From Heptranchias perlo (Eukaryota), in NCBI RefSeq assembly GCF_035084215.1, contig NC_090329.1:126914001-126978000 (forward strand): 64,000 nt of DNA, given 5' to 3'. Shown here in pieces: positions 42,881-54,407 of this stretch. The translations under genes were made by a program, and so were the position numbers. The notes under the pieces were generated by a model. That model ran no database searches. It was not told where the DNA came from and saw only the letters and a program-made list of their open reading frames with translations. The number at the start of each line of letters is the position of its first letter. The first letter of the stretch is position 1.

Positions 42881-43189
42881 AGGCCCCAGCTGTGAACCAA
42901 CAACTATTAGACGGACTCAGGGGGAGGACTTTGCACAGAGTTCCCCCGATCGCCCACACGTAAGGTTGCGGATACACCGGAAACGGACATTTGCGCCATT
43001 GCTCCGGGGAGAGACTGGGAAAACCCAGCCGGAAGCTCCAGGCCTTAGTTAATGGAACAGGCAGAAAAGTTACGTGGGAGCCTCTGCTGCAGGGTGGTGT
43101 GTTGTAGTGGGGGTGATGTAAGTGTGCGGTGTTTAAAGGGACATGTAAACGTTACATGTTGATTTCATGGTGAGACTTGCCTGAGTCTG

Positions 43190-43620
43190 AAAGAAAGAAC
43201 TTCAATTTCTATCGCGTCTTTCATGGCCTCAGGACGTCCCAAAGCGATTTACAACCAATGAAGTACTTTTTGAAGTGTAGTGACTGTTGTAATGTAGGAA
43301 ACGCGGCAGTCAATTTGCGCACAGCAAGATCCCACAACCGGCAATGTGATAATGACCAGATAATCTGTTTTTATAGCGATGTTGTTTCTGGGATAAATAT
43401 TAACCAGGACAAACTCCCCTGCTCTTCAAATAGTGCCATGGGATCTTTTATGTCCACTTGAGAGGACAGACTCGGTTTAACATCTCATCCAAAAGACAGC
43501 ACCTCCGGCAGTACAGAGTGTCAGTCTGGATAATGTGCGCAAGCCTCTGGAGTGGGACTTAAACCCACAACCTGCTGATTCAGACATACAAGTGCTACCA
43601 ACTGGGCCACGGCTGACACA
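43190..43620 (-). mobile_element. Deu-domain SINE, near full length
   Basis: Reverse-complement match to 3951-4205 and direct match to 57655-58090. Confidence 0.85.
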
Positions 43621-43750
43621 GAGAATCGTTCCAATTGGAGTAATAGTTTTACAATGGCTCGAGTAGCCCATTAAGTGCTGCAGATGTGTTCTGTTCAGGG
43701 CATGATTGCCACATCTGGGTGACCTGCTTGTGTTGCCACTCTGCACGCTG

Positions 43751-44107
43751 TAGGGGGTTACCAAACCTCCTGGAGTCTCTAGGGACTAAAGACTAATCTC
43801 CTGGACACTGCTGCGAGCAACTAAGGAGAAAAAGCATCGGGGCGTTTAAAACAAAATGCCATATTATCTTGGAACACTTTCATTTATTAATTGTACAGAT
43901 ATTGGAGATGGTGAAAAAAGAAGGCTGTTTGACTGACAGTCAAGAATCACCCAATCGGGAAATGGAGGGTCTGTTCGCTTTCCAATTGGCGGTGGGAAGG
44001 CGGTGAGGGTGGGCATGTCGGGCGACCGATGGCGGGAGCGTGGGGACGGGGCGGTCGGAGGCGGGAGGTCATGTGATGAATACGTGTGACCAGAGTTGGC
44101 GACCTTA
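43751..44107. mobile_element. Old non-autonomous DNA transposon (MITE) with AGGGTTGCCAAC-like termini
   Basis: Left end TAGGGGGTTACCAAACCT and right end CAGAGTTGGCGACCTTA form degenerate inverted termini. A similar right end occurs at 56473-56487. Confidence 0.45.
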
Positions 44108-44444
44108 CTCTGCAGGGTCACGTCGAGCGAGTCGCAGTGACTAGTTGTCGCTGCTCAGTGGCGTTGCGCCCATGTCGAAGGCCTTACCATTCTGTCTTTG
44201 GGAGCTTCTAAACTCCCGTCAGCGAACAAAACTCCACGTAAGCGTCAAAATGCGTTATGTAATATTTTCCTACTTTGAAATTTCACCTGCTATCCTTTGG
44301 CCTCTCTATTTAATGTCTTCAGATAAAAATTTGCAGCAACTCGTCCCTCAGGGTGCTTCCTGCACAATTAATCCCTTTAAGTGTGGTCGTTGTTGTCAGG
44401 GTCAATCTCACCCAACAGCAGTGAGATCTCTGCCCAGTTGGTGG

Positions 44445-44532
44445 GAGGTGGCTCGTGTGGAGCATAAACACCAGTATGGACCAGTTGGGCCGAATGGCCT
44501 GTTTCTGTGCTGTAAATCCGATATAATTCTAT
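44445..44532 (+). mobile_element. CR1-type 3' tail
   Basis: GGCTCGTGTGGAGCATAAACACCAG...GGGCCGAATGGCCTGTTTCTGTGCTGT is the reverse complement of the tails at 48390 and 63775. Confidence 0.8.
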
Positions 44533-44699
44533 GCAAGGGCTTCCGTTTGCACAGAGAGACCGAATTGCCAAACATGATCCCAAAACACGGATGAAAATCC
44601 TGAACCAAAACAGAGTTTGATTTGTTCAGTCTCCTTGGGACAGTGACCCTGGTCACACACCTTCACTCAGGGCTGATTTTCAGTTTTTTGAGCTGGCAA

Positions 44700-46358
44700 C
44701 TTCTCTGGGGGGGCAGGGGGGAGGGCTGCTGTGTGAGTTTCTCGGGGGGGCTGTGTGAATTTCTCGGGGGGGGCTGTGTGAGTTTCTCAGGGGGGGTGCT
44801 GTGTGAGTTTCTCGGGGGTGGGGCTGTGTGACACTCTCTGGGGGGGGCTGTGTGTGATTCTATCGGGGGGGCTGTGTCAGATTCTCTCGGGGGGGCTGTG
44901 TCAGATTCTCTGGTGGGGGGGCTGTGTGACTTTCTCTGAGGGGGGCTGTGTGAGTTTCTCTGGGTGGGGGCTGTATCAGTTTCTCTGGGGGGGGACTGTG
45001 TCAGATTCTCAGGGGAGGACTGTGTGAGTTTCTCTGGGGGGGGCTGTATCAGTTTCTCTGGGGGGGCTGTGTCAGATTCTCTTGTGGGGGGGCTGTGTGA
45101 GTTTCTCTGGGGGGGCTGTGTGAGGTTCTCTGGGTGAGGGCTGTATCAGTTTCTCTGGGGGGGGCTGTGTGAGTTTCTCTCGGGGGGGCTGTGTCAGTTT
45201 CTCTGGGGGGGGCTGTGTGAGTTTCTCTCGGGGGGGCTGTGTCAGTTTCTCTGGGGTGGGGCTGTGTCAGTTTCTCTGGGGAGGGGTGAGTTTCTGTGGG
45301 GGGGCTGTTTGAGTTTCTGTGGGGAGGTGCTGTGTGAGTTTCTCTGGGGGGGGCTTTGTGAGTTTCTCTGGGTGGGGCTGGATCAGTTTCTCTGGGGTGG
45401 GGCTGTGTCAGTTTCTCTGGGGGGGTGCTGTGTGAGTTTCTCTGGGGTGGGGCTGTGTGAGTTTCTCTGGGGGGGGGCTTTGTGAGTTTCTCTTGGTGGG
45501 GGCTGTATCAGTTTCTCTGGGGTGGGGCTGTGTCAGATTCTCTGGGGAGGGGTGAGTTTCTGTGGGGGGGGGGCTGTGTCAGTTTCTGTGGGGGGGTGCT
45601 GTGTGAGTTTCTCTTGGGGGGGCTGTGTCAGTTTCTCTGGGGGGGGGGTGTGCTATATCAGTTTCTCTGGGGTGGGGCTGTATCAGATTCTCTGGGGGGG
45701 TGAGTTTCTGTGGGTGGGGCTGTACCCATTTCTCTGGGGGTGGGGCTGTATCAGATTCTCTGGGGGGGGGCTGTATCAGTTTCTCTGGGGGTGGGGCTGT
45801 TTCAGATTCTCTGGGGGGGTGAGTTTCTGTGGGGGGGGCTGTGTCAGTTTCTGTGGGGGGGTGCTGTGTCAGTTTCTCTGGGGGGGGCTGTGTCAGTTTC
45901 TCTGGGGGGGGCTTTGTGAGTTTCTCTGGGGGGGGCTTTGTGAGTTTCTCTGGGTGGGGGCTGTATCAGTTTCTCTGGGGGGTTGCTATATCAGTTTCTC
46001 TGGGGTGGGGCTGTATCAGATTCTCTGGGGGGGGTGAGTTTCTGTGGGTGGGGCTGTATCAGATTCTCTGGGGCGGGTGAGTTTCTGTGGGGGGTGCTGT
46101 GTGAGTTTCTCTGGGTGGGGCTGTGCCAGTTTCTTTGGGGGGGGGGTGAGTTTCTGTGGGGGGGCTGTTTGAGTTTCTGTGGGGGGGTTGCTGTGTGAGT
46201 TTCTCTGGGGTGGGGCTGTGCCAGTTTCTTTGTGGGGGGGGATGAGTTTCTGTGGGGGGGCTGTTTGAGTTTCTCTGGGGGGGTTGCTGTGTGAGTTTCT
46301 CTGGGGGGGGGGGGCTGTGTCAGATTCTCTGGGGGAGGGGTCTGTGTTAGTTTCTCTG
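44700..46358. repeat. G-rich minisatellite, ~25-27-bp unit GTTTCTCTG(G)nCTGTGT(C/G)A
   Basis: Recurrent TTTCTCTG + G-run + CTGTGT; G-run length varies between units. Confidence 0.93.
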
Positions 46359-47421
46359 AAGTTGTCCTGAGTTGACAGGTGTGCATTGTTCAACCCTGTG
46401 CCTCTCCCTTCTCTGACAATATTTCCCCTTTTCCTGGTCGCAAAGCAACCATTCTGCCCCATCAAGCATTTTATCATCGACGTCTACACCTATCCTTTAG
46501 ATAAGATAGATAGGTGCTTTGAGTAATGGAAAATGTTCTCCTCAGGAAGCTATTATCAGTTGCAATCCCTGTGTATCCAAGAATGGCTTCCTACAGGAAA
46601 TATTATCCATTGCTGAAAAGTCTTGGTGTAAATTGACCTGTTGGCGAGTTATTTACAGTTGGATTCCATGAATTACCGCTAGATTTTCCTCATTGAAAAA
46701 AAAACTTTTCTCATGGAAATTGGACGAGGATGTGATTCCTCCCCTCAGAGTGGTGGTCACACCAAACCCTTCGTACCAGACTTACAATCTTAGAGAATAA
46801 ACAGAAACGAAAACTGACGGCATGTCTTGTTGGCCAAGGACCTCACATAACCATCGAATTCCTGAGGACGAGGCACCTGCTACTAATCAAAACTGCTGGG
46901 CTTCTTGCCAGAGACCAGTCCTTGAGGCCTCATGAAGGTCTCATCTTAGAAGTGACCTCTGTGCTCTCATTAGCACTAGCAACGGCGACGATAGCAATTG
47001 GAATAGACGTCCCACGTGTCCATTTGACATCCAAACACAACAATCAGACCCTCCCACTTCGCCTCCTCCAGTTGCAATGGGAATAAGCCTGATCTATCAA
47101 CCCCAGCCTTCACTTACTCTCCAGCCCATTAAACAAACATAAGAGGTTTCGAGCTGACTGCCACTCCCGGGCCAAGCAGGAAATAAAAACCACCACCTCT
47201 TGACCCTTGGAGTTGATTTTGTTGATGAAACAGGATCTTGGCATCAGATCGGCAGAAACGCCTGGCGGGGATCTCTCACCATTCACTGTAGGGATGGGGA
47301 GAAAAGGCTCGTTACATTGAGCTGGTCAAATAAGGGGCTTTGTTTCATTTCTCCTTCTTTGCCCCCGCCCCCACACCTTTCATTTTTTTTTTTGAGTATT
47401 TGGCAAACTGAAAGAAAAAAG

Positions 47422-47785
47422 TAAAGAACTTGCATTTATATAGCACCTTTCATGTCCTCAGGATGTCCCAAAGTGCTTCACATCCAAGGAAGTGTTTTTT
47501 GATCTGTAGTCACTGTTGTAATGTACGAAACGCAGGAGCCAGTTTACGCAGAGCAAGATCCCACAAGCAGCAACGAGATAACGACCAGGTAATCTGTTTT
47601 AGTGATGTTGGTTGAGGGAGAAATATCGCCCAGGACACCGGGGAGAACTCCCCTGCTCTTCTTCAAAATAGCACCATGGAATCTTCTACGTTCACCTTAG
47701 AGGGCAGACAGGGCCTCGGTTTAACATCTCATCCGAAAGACGGCACCTGCAACAGTGCAGCACTCCCTCAGTACTGCACTGGAGC
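47422..47785 (-). mobile_element. Deu-domain SINE
   Basis: AAGAACTTGCATTTATATAGCACCTTTCATG...GCACTCCCTCAGTACTGCACTGGAG; collinear with 57655-58020. Confidence 0.85.
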
Positions 47786-48369
47786 ATCAACAAAAACAAC
47801 AACAACTTGCATTTATATAGCACCTTTAGCATAGTAAAACGTCCCAAGGGGCTTCACAGGAGTGATTATCAAACAAAAATTTGACACCGAGCCACATAAA
47901 GAGCTATTAGGACAGGTGAACAAAAGCTTGGTTGAAGTGGTAGTTTTTAAGGAGTGTCTTAAAGGAGGAGAGAGAGGTAGAGAGGCGGAGAGGTTTAGGG
48001 AGGGAATTCCAGAGCTTAGGGCCGAAGCAGCTGAAGGCACGGCCGCCAATGGTGGAGCGATTAAAATCAGGGATGCGCAAGAGGCAAGAATTGAAGGAGC
48101 GCAGAGATCTCGGAGGGTTGTAGGGCTGGAGGAGGTTATAGTGATAGGGAGGGGCGAGACCATAGAGGGATTTGAAAACAAGGATGAGATTTTTAAAATC
48201 GAGGAATTGCCGGTCCAGGCGTCAGTGTAGGTCAGCGAGCAGAGGGGTGATGGGAGAACACGGCTTAGTGCGAGTTAGGATACGGGCAGCAGAGTCTTGG
48301 ATGAGCTCAAGTTTATGGAGGGTGGCAGATGGGAGGCCGACCTGGAGAGCATTGGAATAGTCAAGTCTA
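47786..48369 (-). mobile_element. L2 LINE, 3' part (split; continues at 53749)
   Basis: (AAC)n tail; minus-strand translation LDYSNALQVGLPSATLHKLELIQDSAARILTRTKPCSPITPLLADLH, typical of L2 ORF2. Collinear with 62513-63190. Confidence 0.9.
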
Positions 48370-48700
48370 CATCGAGTTACTTCGAAACAACAGCACAGAA
48401 ACAGGCCATTCGGCCCAACTGGTCTATGCTGGCGTTTATGCTCCACACGAGCCTCCTCTCTGCCTACTTCATCTAACCCTATCAGCATACCCTCCAATTC
48501 CTTCCTCCCCCATGTATTTATCTAGTTTCCCATTAAATGCATCTTTGCTAGTCGCCTCAATTGCTCCTTGTGGTAGCACGTTCCACATTCTTACCGCTCT
48601 TTGGGTAAAGACATTTTTCCTGAATTCCCTATTGGATTTATTAACGACGATGTTATAACTATGACCTCTAGTTTTGGACTCCTCGACAAGTGGAAACTAT
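48370..48700 (-). mobile_element. CR1 LINE 3' part (split by Harbinger; continues at 53548)
   Basis: Tail ACAGCACAGAAACAGGCCATTCGGCCC, collinear with 63775-64000, continuing to GGACTCCTCGACAAGTGGAAAC. Confidence 0.85.
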
Positions 48701-48984
48701 GGGGGAAAAAGAAATCCAATAGGGCCCATTTTCGGGTGCAGGCAGCGTGATCCGCTATTACCCCACGCCCAATGGCCCCTACGCAGGCAGCACATGAATT
48801 TCAAGCTGCCCGCTACTTACCGTGATATCTCCATGCAGCCAGCACTACCCACGGTGCTGAGAGGCTGCACGGAGAATGAGGAAATGGGGCGTGCTCAGCG
48901 CACGTCATCAGCAGCCTGCACCTCTTAAAGATGCAGGTGCACATTTTAAATGGGACTCGCACAGTCCACGAGGATGAAGGAAAG

Positions 48985-51695
48985 ATGGCCGCAAGGATGG
49001 CAGGACCGGCGTGAGAGAAGGCCCCACGCTTCTCCGATGATGCATTAGAGGCCGTGGTGGACAAAAGGAGGGCCAACATGTACCCGCAGGGTGGCAGGAG
49101 ACCCTCCAGGCTGCAGCTCCGCAGGCATTGGCGGGCTGTGGCCCAGGAAGTGAACACCACGAGCATTGCACCACGCACGTGGGTGCAGTGTTGAAAGACC
49201 CCCTCACCCACCCACCAACAAACACTGCCCATCCATACGCAATGCTGCACTCGGCACGCTGCATCTCACCCGCACATAGTACTACACTTGCAGGCCACAC
49301 AACCACCACTCACAGGTCACACACACTGGCAGCTATTCGACCACAACAGGCACAACACCCACACACCTTGCAGAATACTCACTGACTCACTGTCCTCTGT
49401 CTTGCAGGAGAAGGTGGCACATAACACCCAGCAGCAGGAGGGACCTGAGGGTGGACGGGCACCTTTACACGTCCTCACCCCCCTAGAGGAGACAGTGCTT
49501 CAGATCATTGGGTGGGTCGTTGCTGCAGCCGTGACAATGTGCCGCGCTGGAGGTCCCGATGATGGGGGTCTCTGCATATCTAATGAACCTTCTCCTTTTC
49601 CACATCTCCCTCCTCCCATAATCTTTTCTGACTCACACGCTACAGATGCTGTCGGCACACACGTCTTACTTGCTCCTCTCCCCACTCCACAACTCAACCT
49701 GTTTCCCTTTGTCATTGCAAATACCCAAGAACACGTGGTGGCACCTGAGGAGGAGGAGGAGGAGGAGGAGGACACTGAAGCCACACCGTCACTCGATCTG
49801 ACACTTGCTTCCACCAGCTCAGAGTCTGACGCTGCACGTCATTTAGAGGTTAGGTTAGAGGAGGGATCTGCACGCGGTGAGACACCGAGCACAAGTGCGC
49901 AGGAGCCGGGGTGGAGAAACATAGAAACATAGAAAATAGGAGCAAGAGTAGGCCATTCGGCCCTTCAGGCCTGCTCCGCCATTTAAAATGATCATGGCTG
50001 ATCGTCTAACTCAGTACCCTGTTCCCGCTTTTTCCCCATATCCCTTGATCCCTTTAGCATTAAGAAATATATCTATCTCCTTCTTGAATACATCTAATGA
50101 CTTGGCCTCCACTGCCTTCTGAGGTAGAGAATTCCACAGGTTCACCACCCTCTGAGTGAAGAAATTTCTCCTCATCTTGGTTCTAAATGGCATACCCCGT
50201 ATCCTGAGACTGTGACCCCTGGTTCTGGACTCTCCAGCCATCGGGAACATCCTCCCTGCATCTAGTCTGTCTAGTCCTGTTAGAATTTTATATGTTTCGA
50301 TGAGATCACCTCTCATTCTTCTAAACTCTAGTGAATATAGGCCTAGTCGACCCAATCTCTCCTCGTATGTCAGTCCTGCCATCCCAGGAATCAGTCTGGT
50401 AAACCTTCGCTGCACTCCCTCCATGGCAAGGGCATCCTTCCTCAGATAAGGAGACCAAAACTGCACACAATACTCCAGATGTGGTCTCACCAAGGCCCTA
50501 TATAATTGCAGTAAGACATCCCTGCTGCTGTACTCAAATCCTCTTGCAATGAAGGCCAACATACCACTCGCCTTCCTAACTGCTTGCTGCACCTGAATGC
50601 TCGCTTTCAGCGACTGGTGTACGAGGACACCCAGGTCTCGTTGCACCTCCCCTTTTCCCAATCTATCACCATTCAGATAATAATCTGCCTTTCTGTTTTT
50701 ACAACCAAAGTGGATAACCTCACATTTATCCACGTTATACTGCATCTGCCATGTTCTTGTCCACTCACCCAACTTGTCTAAATCACATTGGAGCCTCTTT
50801 GCATCCTCCTCACAGCTCACATTCCACCCCAGCTTTGTGTCGTCTGCAAACTTGGAGGGAACAGATACGGCAGTTGCCAGCTCGCCGGAGGGCGAGGTCA
50901 CTCACTAGTTCTGCTGCAGAGGAGTCAGATGTGGACTTTGATGGGCCAGGCTACAGAAGGCGGCTGATGGGCGTACACCAACAAATGCTTGGGACACTGG
51001 AAGGCTGGCCAGAAAGCGCGTGCACAATGTCAAGGGGCATGGAGGAGTCCAGCTCCAACTTGGTGCAGGGCTTTGCGCAGAGCTTGGAGCCCATCCTTTC
51101 CAACATGGAACGGGTGGTCACCTCCATCAGCGCACCTGTGGAACCCACCATGATGCAGTGCCTGATGGCCAATGTCGCGGCTTCCATTGCAGCACAAATC
51201 GACGTCATCAAAGATCTGCAAGCTACGGTTGCTGCTCAGACTGCTGCTATCGTGGCTCTGGGGACCACTGTGAAACGGGGCTTCCAGGGCGTCACAGCAC
51301 TCCAGCAATCCATTCTCCAGCTGATCACCAGGATTGCTGAGGCGACGCCCCGGGAGAGTGGCAGTGGCGCCATGGCAGTCGGACCTGCTGTCCTCTCTCA
51401 GGACAGCCTTCCTGCTCCCACCCCTGCCACTCCGCCAGTGCCCCTGTTGTTGCCTATCGGCCATCCAGGCCAGAGTACTGCAGCCCATGGTGAGATGGTG
51501 CAGTCTGAAACCGAGCCCTGCAGGCCCAGAGCTGCTTGAGTTTGTCCTCCAAGGCCATCTGGACATTCCTCCATTGAAGGCCAGCAGCCTTCCACCACCC
51601 ATGCTCCAGCCACTGGGGAAGCACCACATAGGAGCACCAGGATAGATAAAGGCACACGGACAACAGGCACTAAGGGAATGCACAAGGGTGAATAG
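48985..51695 (+). pseudogene. Harbinger Myb/SANT-like DNA-binding gene (spliced, disrupted)
   Basis: Exon 1: A*EKAPRFSDDALEAVV...HWRAVAQEVNTTSIAPRTWVQC*K. Exon 2 follows cttgcag at 49408 (EKVAHN...LTPLEETVLQIIG). Also an acidic tract, C-terminal ATGEAPHRSTR, in-frame stops and a CR1 insertion. Confidence 0.85.
49917..50852 (-). mobile_element. 5'-truncated young CR1 LINE with open RT C-terminus
   Basis: ORF 50011-50901: KFADDTKLG...RDLGV...LYRALVRPHLEYCVQFWSP...RRMRGDLIETYKIL. (GAAACATA)n tail; TGGAG duplicated at 49912-49916 and 50853-50857. Confidence 0.95.
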
Positions 51696-51892
51696 TTCTG
51701 TTCTGTTTGCTTAATTTCATTTATTCATTGATAAATGAGACTTTGATTTTGTATTTGGTGGTGGTTTTTATTTATGCGATGAGATGAGAGGGAAACCAAG
51801 GTGTAATCAGATGGAGGGTGATTTGATTGTCTTGTGGGAGCGGAAAGGTGGGGAGTGTAGGACTGTTGGTGAGTTGGGGGATGCAGTTCACA

Positions 51893-53070
51893 TTATTGAT
51901 AGCAGGCACGGATCAGACGAGCACGCACAGCCCTTGCAGACAAGGCGTATGGTTCCTGTTGCACCCTTGCGTCTTCTTCCACTTCCACTTCCACTTCCGG
52001 CTCCTCCCCCTCCTCAGCCTCTTCCTCCTCCTGCTCCTCAGCCTCTTCCTCCTCAGCCTCCTACTCTGGCTCAGGGTCTTCTCCGATCATTGGTGGCAAA
52101 GGCTGGTCTCTCATGATGGCGAGGTTGTGCAGCATGCAGCAGACCATCACGAATCTGCCCACCCGCTCGGGGGAGTACTGCAGGGCTCCTCCAGACCAAT
52201 CCAGGTAGCGGGAGCGCTGTTTGAGGAGGCCTATGGTCTGCTCCACGATGTTGCGTGTGGCAGCGTGGCTCTCATTATAGGCCTGCTGTGTATGTGCGTG
52301 TGGGTTCCTGACCGTGTCATGAGCCAACACGTGAGGGGATAGCCCTTGACGCCCAGTAGCCAGCCTTTGACTTGCCAAGTTGGCAAAGATAGCTGGCACG
52401 TTGGACTGCCGCATGAAGAAGGTGTAGTGGCTGCTCCCAGGGTAGCGGGCATCAACCTCCATGATCCGATACGTGTAGTCACACACCAGCTACACTTTCT
52501 GGGAGTGGAAGCCCTTTCGGTTGACGAAGACAGCCGAGTTGATATGCGGGGCACGCAGGGCAATGTGAGTGCAGCCAATGGCACCCTGCACCATGGGGAA
52601 GCCAGCAATGCGGGCGAACCCCTGTGCTCGCTCATTCTGCTTGTTTCTTTCAAGGGGGAAGGTGATGAACCTGTTCCTCATGTGGTACAGAGCATCTGTG
52701 ACCTCCCTTATGCAGCAGGCCTGAAATGCTCTTAAGCCGTAGAAATTCAGTGCCACGGTAACCTTCACAGCCACAGGCAATGCTGTCCTCACCCTGCTCT
52801 GAAGCTGCAGTTGTGGCCGCACCAGTTGACAGATCTCGGTCACGGCTTCCTTGGTGAACCTCAGCCACCGGATGCAATCCTCCTCGGTCATGTTTAGGAA
52901 AGAGAATTAGTCCCGGAAGGCTCTCATTGGATACGGCCTCCCGCTCAGTGCCCTGCAGCTCCTCGTCCTCCCTCTCCTCACAGCCTGACCCACTGGGCGT
53001 GGTCTCTCTGCATGCTCCCAGTCGTGCTCAATGCCCAGCAGGAGCCCGAGCAGATTGCCAGGTTGTAACT
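51893..53070 (-). pseudogene. Harbinger (HARBI1-like, DDE_Tnp_4) transposase pseudogene
   Basis: LRFTKEAVTEIC, ALPVAVKVTVALNFY, IAGFPMVQGAIGCTHI, NRKGFHS, DARYPGSSH, WLLGVKGYP, YNESHAATRNIVEQTIGLLKQR, CCMLHN. Stops and frameshifts present; the expected catalytic Asp residues read G (GAIGCTH) and V (GVKGY). Confidence 0.93.
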
Positions 53071-53217
53071 TTCCGAACCGTAAGGCAGTACCTGCCAAAC
53101 CATCTCAAATGTACTCTAGGAACTCTCAGTAAGTATAGGGAGCTTCAAAAAACTCTTCCTACTCCCCCAGCAGCCAGAAGCAATAATCCAGCAACTAATC
53201 TGTAAATCCTGCATGGT

Positions 53218-53229
53218 CCCTTTAAATAG
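53218..53229 (-). promoter_or_regulatory. Candidate TATA box of the transposase gene
   Basis: Minus-strand TATTTAAAGGG ~150 bp upstream of the transposase. The same motif lies at ~61228-61239, upstream of the second Myb gene. Confidence 0.4.
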
Positions 53230-53547
53230 CGCTGGTGGGGGTTCCTCCAGGCACTCCAAGATATGATCAGGTGTGTGTGATTAAGACTGTGCTTTGAGTT
53301 GAGCGTTAAGGTCCAAAATGGTGTCTATCACTTTAAATCAGCATTGCACACTGATTGCACACATTTTCTCCCTACTTTATATGCTTCCGGCATTGGGTAT
53401 TTGCGCCTGCGCTAAATCGTATACCAAGATGGCGTCCGGCTCATGTCACGCTGGAAACGTGCACGCGCAGCCAAGACGTCATCTTGGATGTTCGAGAGGC
53501 CGTGTAGCGCCAAAACAACGGGCGCTACACGGCCCAATTTAGCGTCC

Positions 53548-53748
53548 TATTTCTCTACGTCTACCCTATCAAACCCTACCTTTTATCTTAAATACCTCTA
53601 TCGGGTCACCCCTCAGCCTTCTCTTTTCTAGAGAAATAAGTCCCAGACTGTTCAGCCTTTCCTGATAAGGATATCCTCTCAGTTCTGATATCACCCTCGT
53701 GAATCTTTTTTGCCCCATCTCCAATGCTTTTGTATCCTTTCTTTAATA
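53548..53748 (-). mobile_element. CR1 LINE, 5' remainder of the 48370-48700 copy
   Basis: TTTCTCTACGTCTACCCTATCAAACCC...GGTCACCCCTCAGCCTTCTCTTTTCTAGAG; parallels 50255-50420 of the young CR1. Confidence 0.8.
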
Positions 53749-53793
53749 TAGAGGTAACAAAGGCATGGATGAGGGTTTCAGCAGCGGATGAGC
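53749..53793 (-). mobile_element. L2 LINE, 5' remainder of the 47786-48369 copy
   Basis: Translates SSAAETLIHAFVTS, which immediately precedes RLDYSN in L2 ORF2; RLDYSN lies at ~48352-48369. Confidence 0.8.
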
Positions 53794-54120
53794 CTCGGCT
53801 AACGTTACCTGCATGACGTGTCAGACCAGGAAGCGTGGTTGAGCTCACAGCCTTATGAAAATGTCCACAAACTTTGTTGGAATTATCCACGGGCCTCCTC
53901 CTTATCGTCTGCCGTGGAAGATCAGCGGAAACCCCACAGAAACATCCGTTTGCGCCATTTCTTTCCTGGTTTCCACCAATCCCCCAACAAAGTTACGGCA
54001 GATCAGGGAACCCCAGAGAAATTCTACCCAATCAATTTAACTGGAGTAATTAGAAATACCTTTTGTCAGATCTGCCCTTCAGTGGGTTCAGGCAGGGAAA
54101 TCAATCAGTCTTTTTTGTTA

Positions 54121-54143
54121 TCTCTCTCTCTCTCTCTCTCTCT
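54121..54143. repeat. (TC)n microsatellite
   Basis: Direct observation. Confidence 0.9.
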
Positions 54144-54297
54144 TTGTCTCAGGTATTAACAATTGGGATCACAATCTCACAGGTGTAAGGAATTAACAAA
54201 TATCTTTCTTCATTGTCAACAAAATTGGTTGGATTCAAAATTCAACTGGTATTTTTTTAATTGAACTCACAATAACATGAATTGTCTTCCTCTCTCC

Positions 54298-54407
54298 TTT
54301 TTTTTATTCGTTCATGGGACGTGGGCGTCGCTGGCGAGGCCGGCATTTATTGCCCATCCCTAATTGCCCTTGAGAAGGCGGTGGTGAGCTGCCTTCTTGA
54401 ACCGCTG
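54298..54407 (-). mobile_element. Inverted 3' end (with poly-A) of the adjacent LINE
   Basis: Reverse complement of 55486-55595 with 5 substitutions. Confidence 0.93.

Larger units (their letters stand above)
48701..53547. mobile_element. PIF/Harbinger DNA transposon, full two-gene layout, decayed
   Basis: Convergent Myb/SANT-like gene (+) and DDE transposase (-). TAT is duplicated at 48698-48700 and 53548-53550; removing the element rejoins the CR1 (GGAAACTATTTCTCTACGTCTACCCTATC). TIRs are poorly preserved (GG...CC). Confidence 0.9.

Noticed and set aside
44622-46477. Short Gly/Cys-rich ORFs resembling keratin-associated proteins
   Set aside because: Variable G-run lengths constantly shift the frame; this is a minisatellite.
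46490-47200. Unique-looking sequence with a 36-codon ORF (MENVLLRKLLSVAIPVYPRMASYRKYYPLLKSLGVN)
   Set aside because: Too short, with no recognisable homology or convincing splice pair.
51893-53070. Domesticated host HARBI1 gene
   Set aside because: It has stops, frameshifts and lost catalytic Asp residues, and lies in a TSD-flanked element with a partner Myb gene inserted in a LINE.
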